From: Tetramitus jugosus | Taxonomy: Eukaryota > Protista > Heterolobosea | DNA: 64,000 bases | Direction of reading: 5' to 3' | Assembly (NCBI GenBank): GCA_937625935.1 | Contig: OW569373.1 | Location: 310,001 to 374,000, forward strand | Shown: piece by piece, positions 10,182 through 21,750 of the stretch | How the letters are laid out: every line of letters starts with the position of its first letter | How positions within the stretch are numbered: the first letter of the stretch is position 1 | Made by a program: the position numbers and the translations under genes | The notes under the pieces: model-generated | Databases searched by the model: none | What the model was told of the DNA's origin: nothing | Seen by the model: only the letters and a program-made list of their open reading frames with translations

Positions 10182-11024
10182 ATGAATAATACTTTGCCTC
10201 TTCACACAACAAAGGTAGCTGGTATGCATCAGCGACCACATGGCCCCACAACTGAAAAACAAGCAAGAAAGCGCTTTTATTTTCACACGTTTCTCCTACT
10301 GTCCATCTTACTGGTTTGTCTGTTGATACTGCACTATCAGCCACGATACGGTTCAGAATCCGGACCATTGGCAACGACAAACAGCAAAAACAATGGTGTC
10401 AAGAGAAATGTTTTCTTTGATTTTGGTGCTAATGAAGGTGATTCACTTCGTTCTTTTACGAGTGATGACAGTGCCATGGGTGGTGAAGGGTTGACCGGCA
10501 TGGGAAAGCTTGGAAAATGGGACTTGTGGGGCTTTGAGGCCAACCCCGTTTTCACAAAACAATTGAAACAATTGGAGCAGCACTTGTCATCGATCAAGAC
10601 TGCTGACGGAGAGAATCAGTATCGCGTCTTTATGAGAACAGAATCTGCGATTACGACTCAGAATGGAAGAGTCACCTTTTTCTTGGACACTGTGAATGAA
10701 CGGGCAAACTATTGGGGTTCTTCGTTGTTGGCTCAACACAGAGACGTCATGGCAAGTGGAAAGAAGGGCGTTACGGTCGATGGATACGCGATTAGTGAGT
10801 TGATCTTGAGCAAGTATAGCAAAGATGATTATATTGTGGTGAAGATGGATGTCGAGGGCAGTGAATTTGATCTGTTAGTCGACATGATGAAAACAGGTGC
10901 GATGCAGTATGTGGATGTGCTGCTGTGTGAGTATCATGACGATCTTGCACCACTTCCTGGATATAAGCAAGTCTTGATGCACATGATCCAAAAAATGGGT
11001 ATCAAGCAAGTTGACTGGAGATGA
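10182..11024 (+). CDS. FkbM-family SAM-dependent methyltransferase, type II membrane anchored
   Basis: FFDFGANEGD, GFEANP, VVKMDVEGSEF, CEYH motifs; N-terminal TM segment. Confidence 0.85.
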   Translation: MNNTLPLHTTKVAGMHQRPHGPTTEKQARKRFYFHTFLLLSILLVCLLILHYQPRYGSESGPLATTNSKNNGVKRNVFFDFGANEGDSLRSFTSDDSAMGGEGLTGMGKLGKWDLWGFEANPVFTKQLKQLEQHLSSIKTADGENQYRVFMRTESAITTQNGRVTFFLDTVNERANYWGSSLLAQHRDVMASGKKGVTVDGYAISELILSKYSKDDYIVVKMDVEGSEFDLLVDMMKTGAMQYVDVLLCEYHDDLAPLPGYKQVLMHMIQKMGIKQVDWR

Positions 11025-11361
11025 GTCTCGATAGCATGGCTCATTCGCTCTACTGTCGTTGTATAAAATTCACGAACAATCTCAATCAAATACAACGAAA
11101 TTTCCAAAACAAGATATCCGATTAGACGATTCGGTTGTCGTTACCATAGGTATGGAGTACAATGACCAAAAAATTCAGACTGTTGAACCGATCGTCGCGT
11201 TCAACCAGGAATAGAATGGAGGTTTCCAGTGTTACTGATCCAACTTTCCATCTTGGGAGTACTCCGGTACATTTCTCGGTACCGAAGATTCTCATCCACA
11301 GCACCACCCATGATTATAATTTGATCTGTAAGATACAATCACTTCTCTCCAACAAACTGCT

Positions 11362-12300
11362 ATGACATTCAAAAAAGAACCCAGTTATCAACGACTTGTG
11401 TCCCTCTCTGTATGCTGTTTGGTCATCAGTGTGCTCTTATCGTTTGTGTCGACGCAAACCAACACCGGTATAGGTTACAAGCAACTGAACAATGTGATAT
11501 CTGTGGCGATCAGAGATGGAAGAAACGCTGGTGACTTCAAAACAATTGAACTTCCTCATATCATTCTCGCTCCCACCATGACCAAATGCACAAGAGAGTT
11601 AAATGATGTGAATGTGATGGATCCTCCTTCATTTCAAGGTGCACTTGCACGAGTTTACAAAACCGGTGTGCTTAGAATAGGAGTCACAACAATCAATGAT
11701 CCATCAGTGTTTTTCATCAATAGTACAACTGGAGCTCCTCAAGGATACAATGCTGATGTGGGTTGGCTGGTGACAAATCACGTGGGTCTTATTCTGGGAA
11801 AGAAAATACGTCCTTCCTTTGTCGTCTACAACTTTACATCATACTTCAATGATACCCTTAAACTCCTCAAGAACAGTGGAACGGTTGACACAGTGATGGA
11901 TGTTTCATTCCTGTCCTCCAGAGTACATTTCACAGATTTCTCCTGTAGTTATTCTGATTCGAACTCTTATGCCGCCTTCAGAGATGCTTACACGGCATTA
12001 CCAGCTGGTGTTCCCACTCCTTCAAAGATCAATGATTTGAATAGACCTGAAATACGAGTGGCAGTTGTCCCAGGAACTGCTTACGACGCGGCAGTCGATA
12101 GATACTTGCCACTTGCCCAAAAAGTTTTGTTCAGTGACGACAATAGTGTATTTGATGCCGTAGGAACGGCAGCAGATATTACCTTCTATTTGTTGGACAA
12201 CGTGGCTCGTTACAACAAGGTTCATAACAACCGGTTGGCAATGTTTGAAGGAACTCAAGTTCACTTTGCTGGAGGTCTTGCCTTCATCACAGTAAAATAG
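11362..12300 (+). CDS. Secreted type-2 periplasmic-binding-protein fold (SBP family 3, amino-acid-binding-like), copy 1
   Basis: Signal peptide; LARVYKTGVLRIG, GYNADVG, SSR..DFSCSY, DLNRPEIRVAVVPGT. Confidence 0.82.
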   Translation: MTFKKEPSYQRLVSLSVCCLVISVLLSFVSTQTNTGIGYKQLNNVISVAIRDGRNAGDFKTIELPHIILAPTMTKCTRELNDVNVMDPPSFQGALARVYKTGVLRIGVTTINDPSVFFINSTTGAPQGYNADVGWLVTNHVGLILGKKIRPSFVVYNFTSYFNDTLKLLKNSGTVDTVMDVSFLSSRVHFTDFSCSYSDSNSYAAFRDAYTALPAGVPTPSKINDLNRPEIRVAVVPGTAYDAAVDRYLPLAQKVLFSDDNSVFDAVGTAADITFYLLDNVARYNKVHNNRLAMFEGTQVHFAGGLAFITVK

Positions 12301-12518
12301 AACACTAGTACATAAGCAGCAAATACACACAAATACATCATTCCATTCCTTTCACATTTAGAGCAAAATGGTGGAGACTGACAGTTCTATCTCAGTGAAA
12401 CATCGGGTGTTGGTTTCTGAGTTTACTCAGAAGACTATTTAAGGCTACATGTCCGCCACATTATTTTTGATCAAACTCATCCCATTCGGGCAATACAACC
12501 ACAGCTCAACAAACCGAC

Positions 12519-13439
12519 ATGAACCGGCCACTTGCTTTGATAGCTTTTTTCTGTTGGATTATCATTGTGCTCTTATCCTTCGTATCAACGCAAACCACCA
12601 ATAGAGCCTATTGTAACAAGCAACTGAACACTGTGATATCTGTAGCGATTCGAGACGGTAGAAACTCTGACGACTTTAGAACGATTGAACCTACTCAGGT
12701 CATTCTTCCTCCCACCATGACCAAATGTATCAGACAGTTGAATGAGGTTGATGTGTCGAACCCTTCTTCATTTCGAGGAGCACTTGCACGAGTTTACAAT
12801 ACCGGAGTTCTTCGGATTGGTGTTACAACCATCAATGAGCCATCGGTGTTCTTTATCAACGAAACAACTGGGGTTGCACAAGGATACAATGTTGACGTAG
12901 GCTGGCTGGTGACAAATCACATGGGACTCATTCTGGGGAAGGAAATACGTCCTTCATTCGTTGTTTACAACTTTACGTCATTCTTCAGGGACACACTCCA
13001 GCTCCTCAAGAACAGTGGAACGGTTGATACAGTGCTCGATGTTACATTCTTGTCCTCCAGAGTACATTCCACAGATTTCTCCTGTGCTTACTCTGATTCG
13101 AACTCTTATGCTGCGTTCCGAGATGCGTACATGGCATTGCCGGCAGGAGTTCCCACTCCTTCAAAGATCAATGATTTGAATAGACCTGAAATACGGGTTG
13201 CAGTTGTTCGAGACACTTCTTACGAAGCGGCAGTCGATAGATATTTGCCACTTGCCCAAAAAGTTTTGTTCAGTGACGACAATAGTGTATTTGATGCCGT
13301 AGGAACGGCAGCAGATATTACCTTCTATTTGTTGGACAACGTGGCTCGTTACAACAAGGTTCATAACAACCGGTTGGCCATGTTTGAAGGGACTCAAGTT
13401 CACTTTGCTGGAGGTCTTTCATTCATCACAGTAAAATAG
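12519..13439 (+). CDS. Secreted SBP family 3-like protein, tandem copy 2
   Basis: Paralogue of 11362-12300 with the same motifs; 3' part nearly identical at DNA level. Confidence 0.82.
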   Translation: MNRPLALIAFFCWIIIVLLSFVSTQTTNRAYCNKQLNTVISVAIRDGRNSDDFRTIEPTQVILPPTMTKCIRQLNEVDVSNPSSFRGALARVYNTGVLRIGVTTINEPSVFFINETTGVAQGYNVDVGWLVTNHMGLILGKEIRPSFVVYNFTSFFRDTLQLLKNSGTVDTVLDVTFLSSRVHSTDFSCAYSDSNSYAAFRDAYMALPAGVPTPSKINDLNRPEIRVAVVRDTSYEAAVDRYLPLAQKVLFSDDNSVFDAVGTAADITFYLLDNVARYNKVHNNRLAMFEGTQVHFAGGLSFITVK

Positions 13440-13679
13440 AACACCAGTACACAAGCAACATCATTTCAATCAATAGTTCTATTCCACTTTTATCGAATAA
13501 GCCTGTTTTGATCTAAGGAGGATCAAAGGATTATTTCTTGCTACCTCATGAAACCTCCATTGGAATAATGAGAGGTTTCCCTTACAAAGATTAATTCAGG
13601 CGAAATTATCCGCTCTTGGGAATGTCCATCTCAACTTTGTCCCACTCGGGGAATACAATCACCGCTCCCACAAACCGCG

Positions 13680-14606
13680 ATGAAAGGACCACTTGTATTG
13701 ATAATTGCGTTCTGTTGGGTTATCATTGTGTGCACATCCTTTGCATCAATGCAAATCAACAACAAATTTGAGTCCCGAGGTGCCAAACAACTGAACAATG
13801 TGATATCTGTGGCGATACGAAACGGGAGAAACGCTGGTGACTTCAAAACAATTGAACCTTCCCAGATCCTTCCTCCTCCCACAATGACCCAATGTGTCAG
13901 AGAATTGAATGAGGTTGATGTGTCAAAACCGTCTTCATTTCAAGGTGCACTCGCGAGAGTTTACAACACCGGTGTGCTTAGAATAGGAGTCACAACAATC
14001 AATGATCCATCAGTGTTTTTCATCAATAGTACAACTGGAGTTGCTCAAGGATACAATGCTGATGTGGGCCGGTTGGTAACCAATCACATGGGTCTTATTC
14101 TGGACAAGGAAATACGTCCTTCCTTTGTCGTTTACAATTTTACGTCATTTTTCAGCGACACACTTCTCTTTCTCAAGAACAGTGGAGAGGTGGACACAGT
14201 GTTAGATTGTAGATTCTTGCCAGCTAGAATACCCTTTGCTGATTTCACCTGTGACTATTCGGATTCATATTCATTTGCAGCGTTCCGATATGCTTTTACA
14301 GCATTACCTGCCGGTGTGCCCCCTCCTTCAAAGTTAAATGATTTGAACAGACATGAAATACGAGTGGCAGTTGTTCCTGGCACTTCTTACGAAGCAGCAG
14401 TCAAAAAGTTTTTGCCACTTGCCCAAATCGTGTATTTCAATAAGGACAAGGATGCATTCGATGCCGTAGGAAAAGCAGCAGATATCACTTTCTATGAGTT
14501 AGACAATGTGGCCGTGTACAATCAGCAGAATGCGGACCAATTGGTACTCGTAGAAGGGACAGAACTCAAAATTCTTGGAGGTCAATCCTTCATTACAATG
14601 AAATAA
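13680..14606 (+). CDS. Secreted SBP family 3-like protein, tandem copy 3
   Basis: Paralogue with the same motifs; C-terminal half more divergent. Confidence 0.82.
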   Translation: MKGPLVLIIAFCWVIIVCTSFASMQINNKFESRGAKQLNNVISVAIRNGRNAGDFKTIEPSQILPPPTMTQCVRELNEVDVSKPSSFQGALARVYNTGVLRIGVTTINDPSVFFINSTTGVAQGYNADVGRLVTNHMGLILDKEIRPSFVVYNFTSFFSDTLLFLKNSGEVDTVLDCRFLPARIPFADFTCDYSDSYSFAAFRYAFTALPAGVPPPSKLNDLNRHEIRVAVVPGTSYEAAVKKFLPLAQIVYFNKDKDAFDAVGKAADITFYELDNVAVYNQQNADQLVLVEGTELKILGGQSFITMK

Positions 14607-14789
14607 ACTACAAAAAACCAACAATATTTCAATCATTGACGACGTCCCCAGATTCTTTCATCTATTGTAGACATCATTCCTACTGTCTTGTTTTGAGATC
14701 GGACTTGTTATCGGATGACAGCATGCTAAAAAGACCGAATCACACGACACGAAATAATTGACTTCTTGCCAGGTTCGCATGTTGTTTTT

Positions 14790-17627
14790 ATGACACGATT
14801 ACCACAGACACATTCACAAAACAACAACACCATGACCCTACCACCACCATCGAATGATCATGACAACAATATTACCAACATGAGCGATAGTAGCTTCAGT
14901 AACAGCACAAGTGTTGACGGTCTTGATGACACGAGCAGTCAAATCTCACTCTTGCCCCATCACTTGAGCAATTCTTCTTCCATGGTGTCCATTGCCGATT
15001 CTTCTCCAAGTCCTTTGCTTTTCTCACCCAATTTCGGCGACAACCAAACAAACATGACAGTCAATGTTGATCCATTGAAGCCCACCTGTGAAAAGAGCGA
15101 AAACAATGAAATGACGGGACAACAACCAACAACAACACCAGTCAACGAAGAAATGGTTCGACTCGATATCGGACAAGAATTGCTATCACCAATCACAACA
15201 TCATCTTCGACATCATCTTCTACTACCACTAACAACAACCATAACAACAACAATAATGAAGCAGTGATGATTGACATGACAATGGTCGATGCCATCAACG
15301 AAGCTTCATCCAACAACAACAATAACAATCCATCATCCTCCATCTCATCATCAACAATAGTTGGTGAATTAGATATGGACTCTGTGTTGACTCATCCAAA
15401 ATTATTACATCAACTCATGCATCAACAACAACAACAAACAAACAACACTCCGTCCATTTCACCTTTACTCACATCATCACCTCGAAACAATAACAATAAC
15501 AACAACAACAACAGTAATAACAATAGTATGGATGGATCAGGAGTAAACAATAACAATCAAACAAAACAACAACAACAACCTGAATTAACAAAGGCAGCAT
15601 CACTCAAGAATTTGTTGACCACTAAAGGTGGAGAAACGAGAAGAATGTCATCTCCATCTTCATTTTCCATGCGTAGTAGCAGTAGTAGTAGTAGTAGTAG
15701 TAACGACATTTATAATAAGAAACATCATGGCGATGGTGAGAATGATAATGATGACGGTGAAGGTGAAGGTGAAAATGAGGAAGCGCATCGAATGAAACAT
15801 TATTCAATGACACCTCCTCATCAGCCAATTGAAGGTGGTGTGATTGCAAGTGGTGGTAGTGATCAGCAGCTCGATGCCATTATCAGTGCAGCCGAAGAAA
15901 AATTGCAACGTTCTTTACCACGGACGTCTTCTCTGTTGAAAACGAGACACAATATTACGTTGCCTAGTGAGGACAATCGACGAAAACGAAGATTTCAACA
16001 ATTGTTTCATGCACAGTTTCTGAGAAAGGCAGAGAGAAGGAATTCGGAGGCAGTAGCAGCGGCATCCAATCATACGGCAATCAATGGAGACAATTATCAA
16101 GCATCTGTGAATGATTTAGAAAAACAAACGCCGACGACAGCAACGTCAACAATCATGGACGATTCGTCACCATTGGCACTGCAGAAACGAGGTGGAAAGT
16201 GTTCCTTGTTGATGCGAGATGTGGCTCAGGGAGTGAACAAGGTTGTGAAGCAGATACGATACGTGTGTGTTGGTGAACCGGCGAAAAAACTGTATGATTT
16301 GGGTGATTTTGATCTCAAGTCGGTCAAAGTGATGATTATTGATTTGGTGTATGCTTTGATATGTTTTGGAATGCCAATTTATAGAGTGGATACGCATTTG
16401 AAGGAGATTTGTATGACGTATGGAGTGAGTTGTTATCTCGATGCGACCAATTCTGGATTTCTCATCACGTTTGCTGATTCGTATGACACAGAGGACATTG
16501 ATACGAGATATATTCGCATTACGTCCGGTTGTTGGGATCTGAACAAGCTGTGTGAGTTGGATGATGTCGCGTATGAGATTGCTTCGAATCGAATCAATGT
16601 TGCTGATGCTCAAAAGAAGATTAAGAACATTATTAGTGCAACACCAATCTTTGCGAGCAATCTCTTTACTTTATTTTCATATACGGTTTGTGCTGCTTGC
16701 TTTGCTATATTCCTTTCTTGTCGATGGCAAGAGGTGCTCGTGGCTAGTATTGCCGGTTTTGCTGTCGCTGTATGTGACATTGTGATTGGAGCATACTTGC
16801 CGACATTGGCTCCCATAGGTTCGGTGGTGGATGCTCTCGTTTCTGGATTGTTGGCATTGGCATTTAAAGGCATATTTAATACCTATGGCTATCAAATGCA
16901 AGTAACAATAGTAGGCATATGTGGTGTGGTGATTCCTCTTCCTGGCCTGTCTATTACGACAGCGATACAGGAAGTTACTTCGAGGCAAGTACGGAGTGGT
17001 TGTCTTCGGTTCGTGAATGCCTTTTTCTGTTCGATTCAATTGGCAGCAGGTCTCATGATTTCAAGAATGATTGAGAAGGAGATTCCTTTCAAAGATGTGC
17101 CTGTTGTACCGTTTGTTTATCCAAACTGGGCCATGGCACTTATCATTCCGTGTGCGGCCATCGGATTTATGATATCGCTGCGTGCACCTCAGTATCTATT
17201 AGCTACATTGTTTGTGATCGCCAACTGCTTCATTGCGTACTTTCTCCCAGCAAAACTCTCCACCGTGTTGCGCCCTGAGCTTGGTGCATTTATTGGAGCA
17301 TTTTGCGTTCAAGCCGTGTCTAAAGTTTATGGTTGGATATCGAAGCATCCTCCAAGTGTTGTTACCAGTTGTTCAATTCTATTGATGGTCCCAGGATCAG
17401 TTTCAGTCAGAGGCTTAAATGCTCTTATTGACAGTGACTTGACGCAAGGTGCAACATTGATATTACTCATGTTTCAGATTGCTCTTGGGTTGGCTTTAGG
17501 TCTCATCCTAGCCAACTTTTGCTTCTCTTGGATAGGACATCGAGGCGGAGCAAGCTTCGAACTGCTGCCAAAGCGGCTCCAATATCTGAGGCGAACAAAA
17601 TCAACTGGAAATAGCAAGCAAATATAA
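14790..17627 (+). CDS. ThrE/Prm10-family threonine/serine exporter-like membrane protein with long disordered N-terminus
   Basis: ALICFGMPIYRVD, DLNKL, LPGLSITTAIQE, SGCLRF, ILLMVPGS; about 10 TMs. Alternative ATG at 14832. Confidence 0.88.
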   Translation: MTRLPQTHSQNNNTMTLPPPSNDHDNNITNMSDSSFSNSTSVDGLDDTSSQISLLPHHLSNSSSMVSIADSSPSPLLFSPNFGDNQTNMTVNVDPLKPTCEKSENNEMTGQQPTTTPVNEEMVRLDIGQELLSPITTSSSTSSSTTTNNNHNNNNNEAVMIDMTMVDAINEASSNNNNNNPSSSISSSTIVGELDMDSVLTHPKLLHQLMHQQQQQTNNTPSISPLLTSSPRNNNNNNNNNSNNNSMDGSGVNNNNQTKQQQQPELTKAASLKNLLTTKGGETRRMSSPSSFSMRSSSSSSSSSNDIYNKKHHGDGENDNDDGEGEGENEEAHRMKHYSMTPPHQPIEGGVIASGGSDQQLDAIISAAEEKLQRSLPRTSSLLKTRHNITLPSEDNRRKRRFQQLFHAQFLRKAERRNSEAVAAASNHTAINGDNYQASVNDLEKQTPTTATSTIMDDSSPLALQKRGGKCSLLMRDVAQGVNKVVKQIRYVCVGEPAKKLYDLGDFDLKSVKVMIIDLVYALICFGMPIYRVDTHLKEICMTYGVSCYLDATNSGFLITFADSYDTEDIDTRYIRITSGCWDLNKLCELDDVAYEIASNRINVADAQKKIKNIISATPIFASNLFTLFSYTVCAACFAIFLSCRWQEVLVASIAGFAVAVCDIVIGAYLPTLAPIGSVVDALVSGLLALAFKGIFNTYGYQMQVTIVGICGVVIPLPGLSITTAIQEVTSRQVRSGCLRFVNAFFCSIQLAAGLMISRMIEKEIPFKDVPVVPFVYPNWAMALIIPCAAIGFMISLRAPQYLLATLFVIANCFIAYFLPAKLSTVLRPELGAFIGAFCVQAVSKVYGWISKHPPSVVTSCSILLMVPGSVSVRGLNALIDSDLTQGATLILLMFQIALGLALGLILANFCFSWIGHRGGASFELLPKRLQYLRRTKSTGNSKQI

Positions 17628-17659
17628 ATTACGAGAGTATGAGAAGTATAATACACTTT

Positions 17660-19782
17660 TTACAACAGATATGTTATCCTATTTTGAAATCGTTGAATGT
17701 ATCCTTCGAGCATTCTCTGATCTGTCTGATTCGTAATGTGGTCACAGTGCAACCTCAAGTACTCGAAAATAAACTTTGACCTCTGGTACATGCTGACGCA
17801 AGAACGTGCTTGCTCGGGACTCGAGTCCCGGTTGGACCATTCCACATAGGCCGACTGCTTAGCTAGCTTCAAAGCATAATGATACAAAACATCTTCGGCA
17901 CATATTTGAGTGATTCTTTCTGTGCCATTGTTTGGAGTTGAGTTGATTCTATTTGTCAGAATGTCTGCTCTTTCCAAGAAGTCGTCAAATTGCGCTTGAA
18001 CCCACGTCATGCTGGCATTGAGTCGATCATCATGCGGTGGCGAGTTTTTCTGCAAATAAATGTGCAAATCCAGCAACAGATCCAAGGATCTACTGTACAG
18101 AGCGAGTGCCTCGATAGGCTTATGGAACTTTTCCTTCAAATAGGCTGCCTCGGCGATGGCCCATGCTCGTTCACATGCGGTTTGAACCTCGTTGGCCAAT
18201 ATCACATTTTCACACGAGAAGCTCGATAGATCCAAAATATCCGATGGATATTGAATATCACCAGATGGCGTAATGTGTAGAGAGGACTCCAGTTTTCGAA
18301 TAGATACACTCGTATGACTCGGCACAATGACATATTGAGCATCAACGTCCTGATCGTTATTGCTGTTGTGAGACTTTCTGATAGCCGAGGCAAACGTATT
18401 GTCCATATATTGGTTCGTTGTCTTTGGTGGCACCGCATCGTTGGTGCCGACTGGAGCCAAAGTATCAGCATCAGCCCTTGCAGCACTGTCCGTCGTCACT
18501 CCTTGATTCACTTCGCTGGATGTCTCTCCTCTGGAAGCACTGCTGCTCTGATGAGAGTTATTGCTCGTGTGACTACTGCTATTGTTGTGAGACACTGACA
18601 CTGCACCATTGTCCCTTGAGCTCATGGATGCACTGCCATCTTCAGAATTCTTGTTCACAACAATAGAGGACACGACATCGGCTCTGAGCGATTTCAGAAG
18701 AGACGATGATGGATCAGGTACAATGGTCATCTGAGATCGTTGCACAAAATCAGGTTGATTCTTCAAATCCAAGTAAGGATGATTGAAAAAGTCTTCAAAC
18801 TTCATTCGTTGCTCAGGATTGACTTGCAACAGACCTTGAAGCAAATGGAGAGCACCTTGCGACGCAACATTGACCGGATAACTCAATCTTGTTTTCAAAA
18901 TGACGCGCAACAAGTCTGGCATCGATGTAGCCATGTACGGTGCTCGACCAAACAACATTTCATAAAATATGGTACCGACGGACCACAGATCCGCACGTGC
19001 ATCATACCTCTTTTGAGCGAGTACCTCTGGGGCCATGTACAATGGTGATCCACACAGTGTCGATGCCATGTCATCCGGCTTCACTTCACGTGCAAATCCA
19101 AAATCAGCAATTTTCAATGTGCCCATCGCATTGAGCGTGCTGCGTTGATCGAGCAACAGATTAGCAGGCTTGAGATCTCTGTGAATCAAGTTGAGCGATG
19201 TGAGAATGTGCAAACCATATGCCAAATCAATGAGAAGCTTCTTGGCAACTGCTTCGGGCAATGGTCTTCTCTGTTCGGCCATAAAACTCTTCAAATCACC
19301 ACCCGTGCACTTTTCCATGATCAAATAATAATTTCTTCGACTCCTCTATTGTATTATCATCGCATCACATCATCAAATAACAGACAACAAACAGACAGAT
19401 TTCAAATCAACAAAATAAAATGTCAATCAATCACACATCACGTTAAAGAACACACAACACATCACCATACCTTTTCTTCAAACAATCGAATAATGTTATC
19501 GTGACGAATCTGTTTCATAATACAAATCTCCTGTTCCAAATTCTCCATTAGCTTATCATTCAATTTGCTTCGTTCAATGACTTTGATGGCCACGGGAGTA
19601 TTTTCCTTTTTTTTGAAACCGTCGTGAACAGCAGCGTAGGCACCTCTACCAATAATACCCTTCTTGAGTAGAATGTATTCACCAAGTGATTTGAAATGAG
19701 AGGGTGATGGTGCTCCTCCCGAACTGTTACTGGGAGACCGCGAATGATGATGTTGTTGTTGTTGTTGCATGGGAGAAGACAT
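17660..19782 (-). CDS. ATG1: ATG1/ULK autophagy Ser/Thr kinase; exons 19782-19471 and 19345-17660
   Basis: IGRGAYA, VAIK, HRDLKPANLLL, KIADFGFAR, TLCGSPLYMAPE, ADLWSVG; C-terminal MIT-like region (EALALY). Phase-0 intron GTATGG..AATAG 19470-19346 joins FEEK|RSRRNYYLIMEKC. Confidence 0.92.
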
Positions 19783-20268
19783 TTTCTCGCACTAGTGTAT
19801 AGCTTTGTTTGCTTGTTTGCTTGTTTTTGAGTTGTTTTTGTTATCAAGAGTATTGGTTTGTTTGTTATGTGTTTGTTGTGTGCTAGTTCCAATAAGAGAG
19901 TTTTTTTTGTGGTTGTGGTTGTTGGATAATGGACCACAAGGTCGGGTGACAGTTCGTTGTTTTGTCCGAAAATAAAAATTTTGTCCGACGACAGCCAGCA
20001 AATGTAGAGTGAAGTTGAATGGGCAGTAGAAGCCTGGAAAACACTCGGCTGTGAAGGATGGTTTTGGGAGCTTATTGCTTGTTTGATACTTGTGCAAAGG
20101 CAAAAAAATGCGGGTTCAGAAGGGAAGCTATTTTTCAGTTGCGTTTATGCTTTTTGTGTTGCTCTTGTTTTTTTGGATGGTTTTGTGGGACTTTAGGAAC
20201 TCCGACGCAGAAGTTGTAAAGAATAAATTTAGATTTCTGCAGGAATGTGACAGATCAAAATCAAGGAG

Positions 20269-21750
20269 TTAGTGCGTGGAGATGAAGATGGAGATGTCTG
20301 AGAAGCGTGATGAGTGAAGGAGAAGTTTGGTTTTGAAGTGATTGGCAATCTTAGTCTCTGGTGGCTCCATGGCGTAAAATATGGTGTGATGAGAACCGCA
20401 GACGACCTGTGGCTTCAAGCCCTTTTTCTTCCACTCTTCCAGTATCGGGCTTCGTATTCTCCGAGGTGAGCTCCACGTGACAGTATGCCCCAATCCTAAT
20501 TGTCCCAGGGTATTGTCACCAGCACTGTAGAATATGTTGTCTTCAGTTTGAAAAATGGTGTGTTCTGTACCACACTTGACAGACCGAATCGTTGCAGGAG
20601 GCGAAAGCTGAATCTTTGAAAACTCAAGTACCCAGGGAGTCATACTACACAACCCTAATTGACCCTTGTCGTTTGTTCCACAACAATACACTTCTTTCAA
20701 CTCGTTTGTGATCACAGTAAAATGGGCACCACAGGACGCATCGATGGCTTTACCATACTTGAAAGGTATAACCTGTGGCGTGTCTACGGACAGCTGAGAA
20801 CTATGTAGTCCCAGTTTTCCAAAGGTAGGACTCCCACAACCGAACAGGGTTCCTCTTTCCGAAAGAAAGATGGAATGCTCGATTCCACAAGCGATATGCA
20901 CAATCCTTTCATCTCGCAAAGTCAGTACCTCCTGTATTGGGTAGTACACGCGCTGGCAGTGACCTAAACCCAAGTTACCACAAGAGTTCCTACCAGACGC
21001 ATACACCTTTCTGGATTCTGTCAAGTAGAACGTATGAGAACCCATTGAGGAACAAAATATAGAGGTAACCGGTTCTTTCAACATGTTGAGATTCTTCATT
21101 GGCCGAAATTGATGAATTCTTCTGACCGAGTCTGGAAAGCCCAGCTGGCCAGCTGAATTGGATCCCGAGCACATCCATGTCATATTGGACAATAACAAAA
21201 ATGCATGCTCCTTTCCACACACAACTCTTAGCATGTTACAATCACTGTCAACTGTCACAGCAGATACAGTCATTACATTTGTTTCCTTATGTAAAAAATC
21301 TTCCATCGATATAACAGATTGATCTTCACTCACCAGTTTTCTCGAATTATCGCTATTCTCGTTCGGAATTCCCAAGTTGGAATAATCATTCTGACCACAT
21401 GCCCACAGTAAATGTGGATCTTTGGTCAAGAAGAGTGAGAATTTGGCACCACATCCTATATCCAGAACTTCTGGTTGCTTTGCTGAAAAGAATTGCTTTC
21501 GCAAAATGTCTTCCTGGTGTAACATCTGTAAAGGAAGAGGCAGAGCTTTTTGGAGGGAACTCGTGTTGAACTGAAGCGGAATAATGTGCTTTGACATGGC
21601 CGGTGCTCTCTCATACCCTACACCGAGTTCACCACATTTATTGGCTCCACATACTCCAATCCATTTATCATTCATTATTAGGGTGATATGCTTTCTACTT
21701 TTCGAGTTTGAACTTTTGATTCCCAGATCAGATTCATTCATTTTATGCAT
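20269..21750 (-). CDS. RCC1-repeat beta-propeller protein
   Basis: Repeated GxNxxGQLG and CGxxH(T/S) motifs; ends in RFSDISIFISTH. Confidence 0.9.
   Translation of the reverse strand: MHKMNESDLGIKSSNSKSRKHITLIMNDKWIGVCGANKCGELGVGYERAPAMSKHIIPLQFNTSSLQKALPLPLQMLHQEDILRKQFFSAKQPEVLDIGCGAKFSLFLTKDPHLLWACGQNDYSNLGIPNENSDNSRKLVSEDQSVISMEDFLHKETNVMTVSAVTVDSDCNMLRVVCGKEHAFLLLSNMTWMCSGSNSAGQLGFPDSVRRIHQFRPMKNLNMLKEPVTSIFCSSMGSHTFYLTESRKVYASGRNSCGNLGLGHCQRVYYPIQEVLTLRDERIVHIACGIEHSIFLSERGTLFGCGSPTFGKLGLHSSQLSVDTPQVIPFKYGKAIDASCGAHFTVITNELKEVYCCGTNDKGQLGLCSMTPWVLEFSKIQLSPPATIRSVKCGTEHTIFQTEDNIFYSAGDNTLGQLGLGHTVTWSSPRRIRSPILEEWKKKGLKPQVVCGSHHTIFYAMEPPETKIANHFKTKLLLHSSRFSDISIFISTH

Noticed and set aside
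15200-15710. AAC/AGT microsatellites
   Set aside because: In-frame poly-Asn/Ser tracts that are common throughout this genome.
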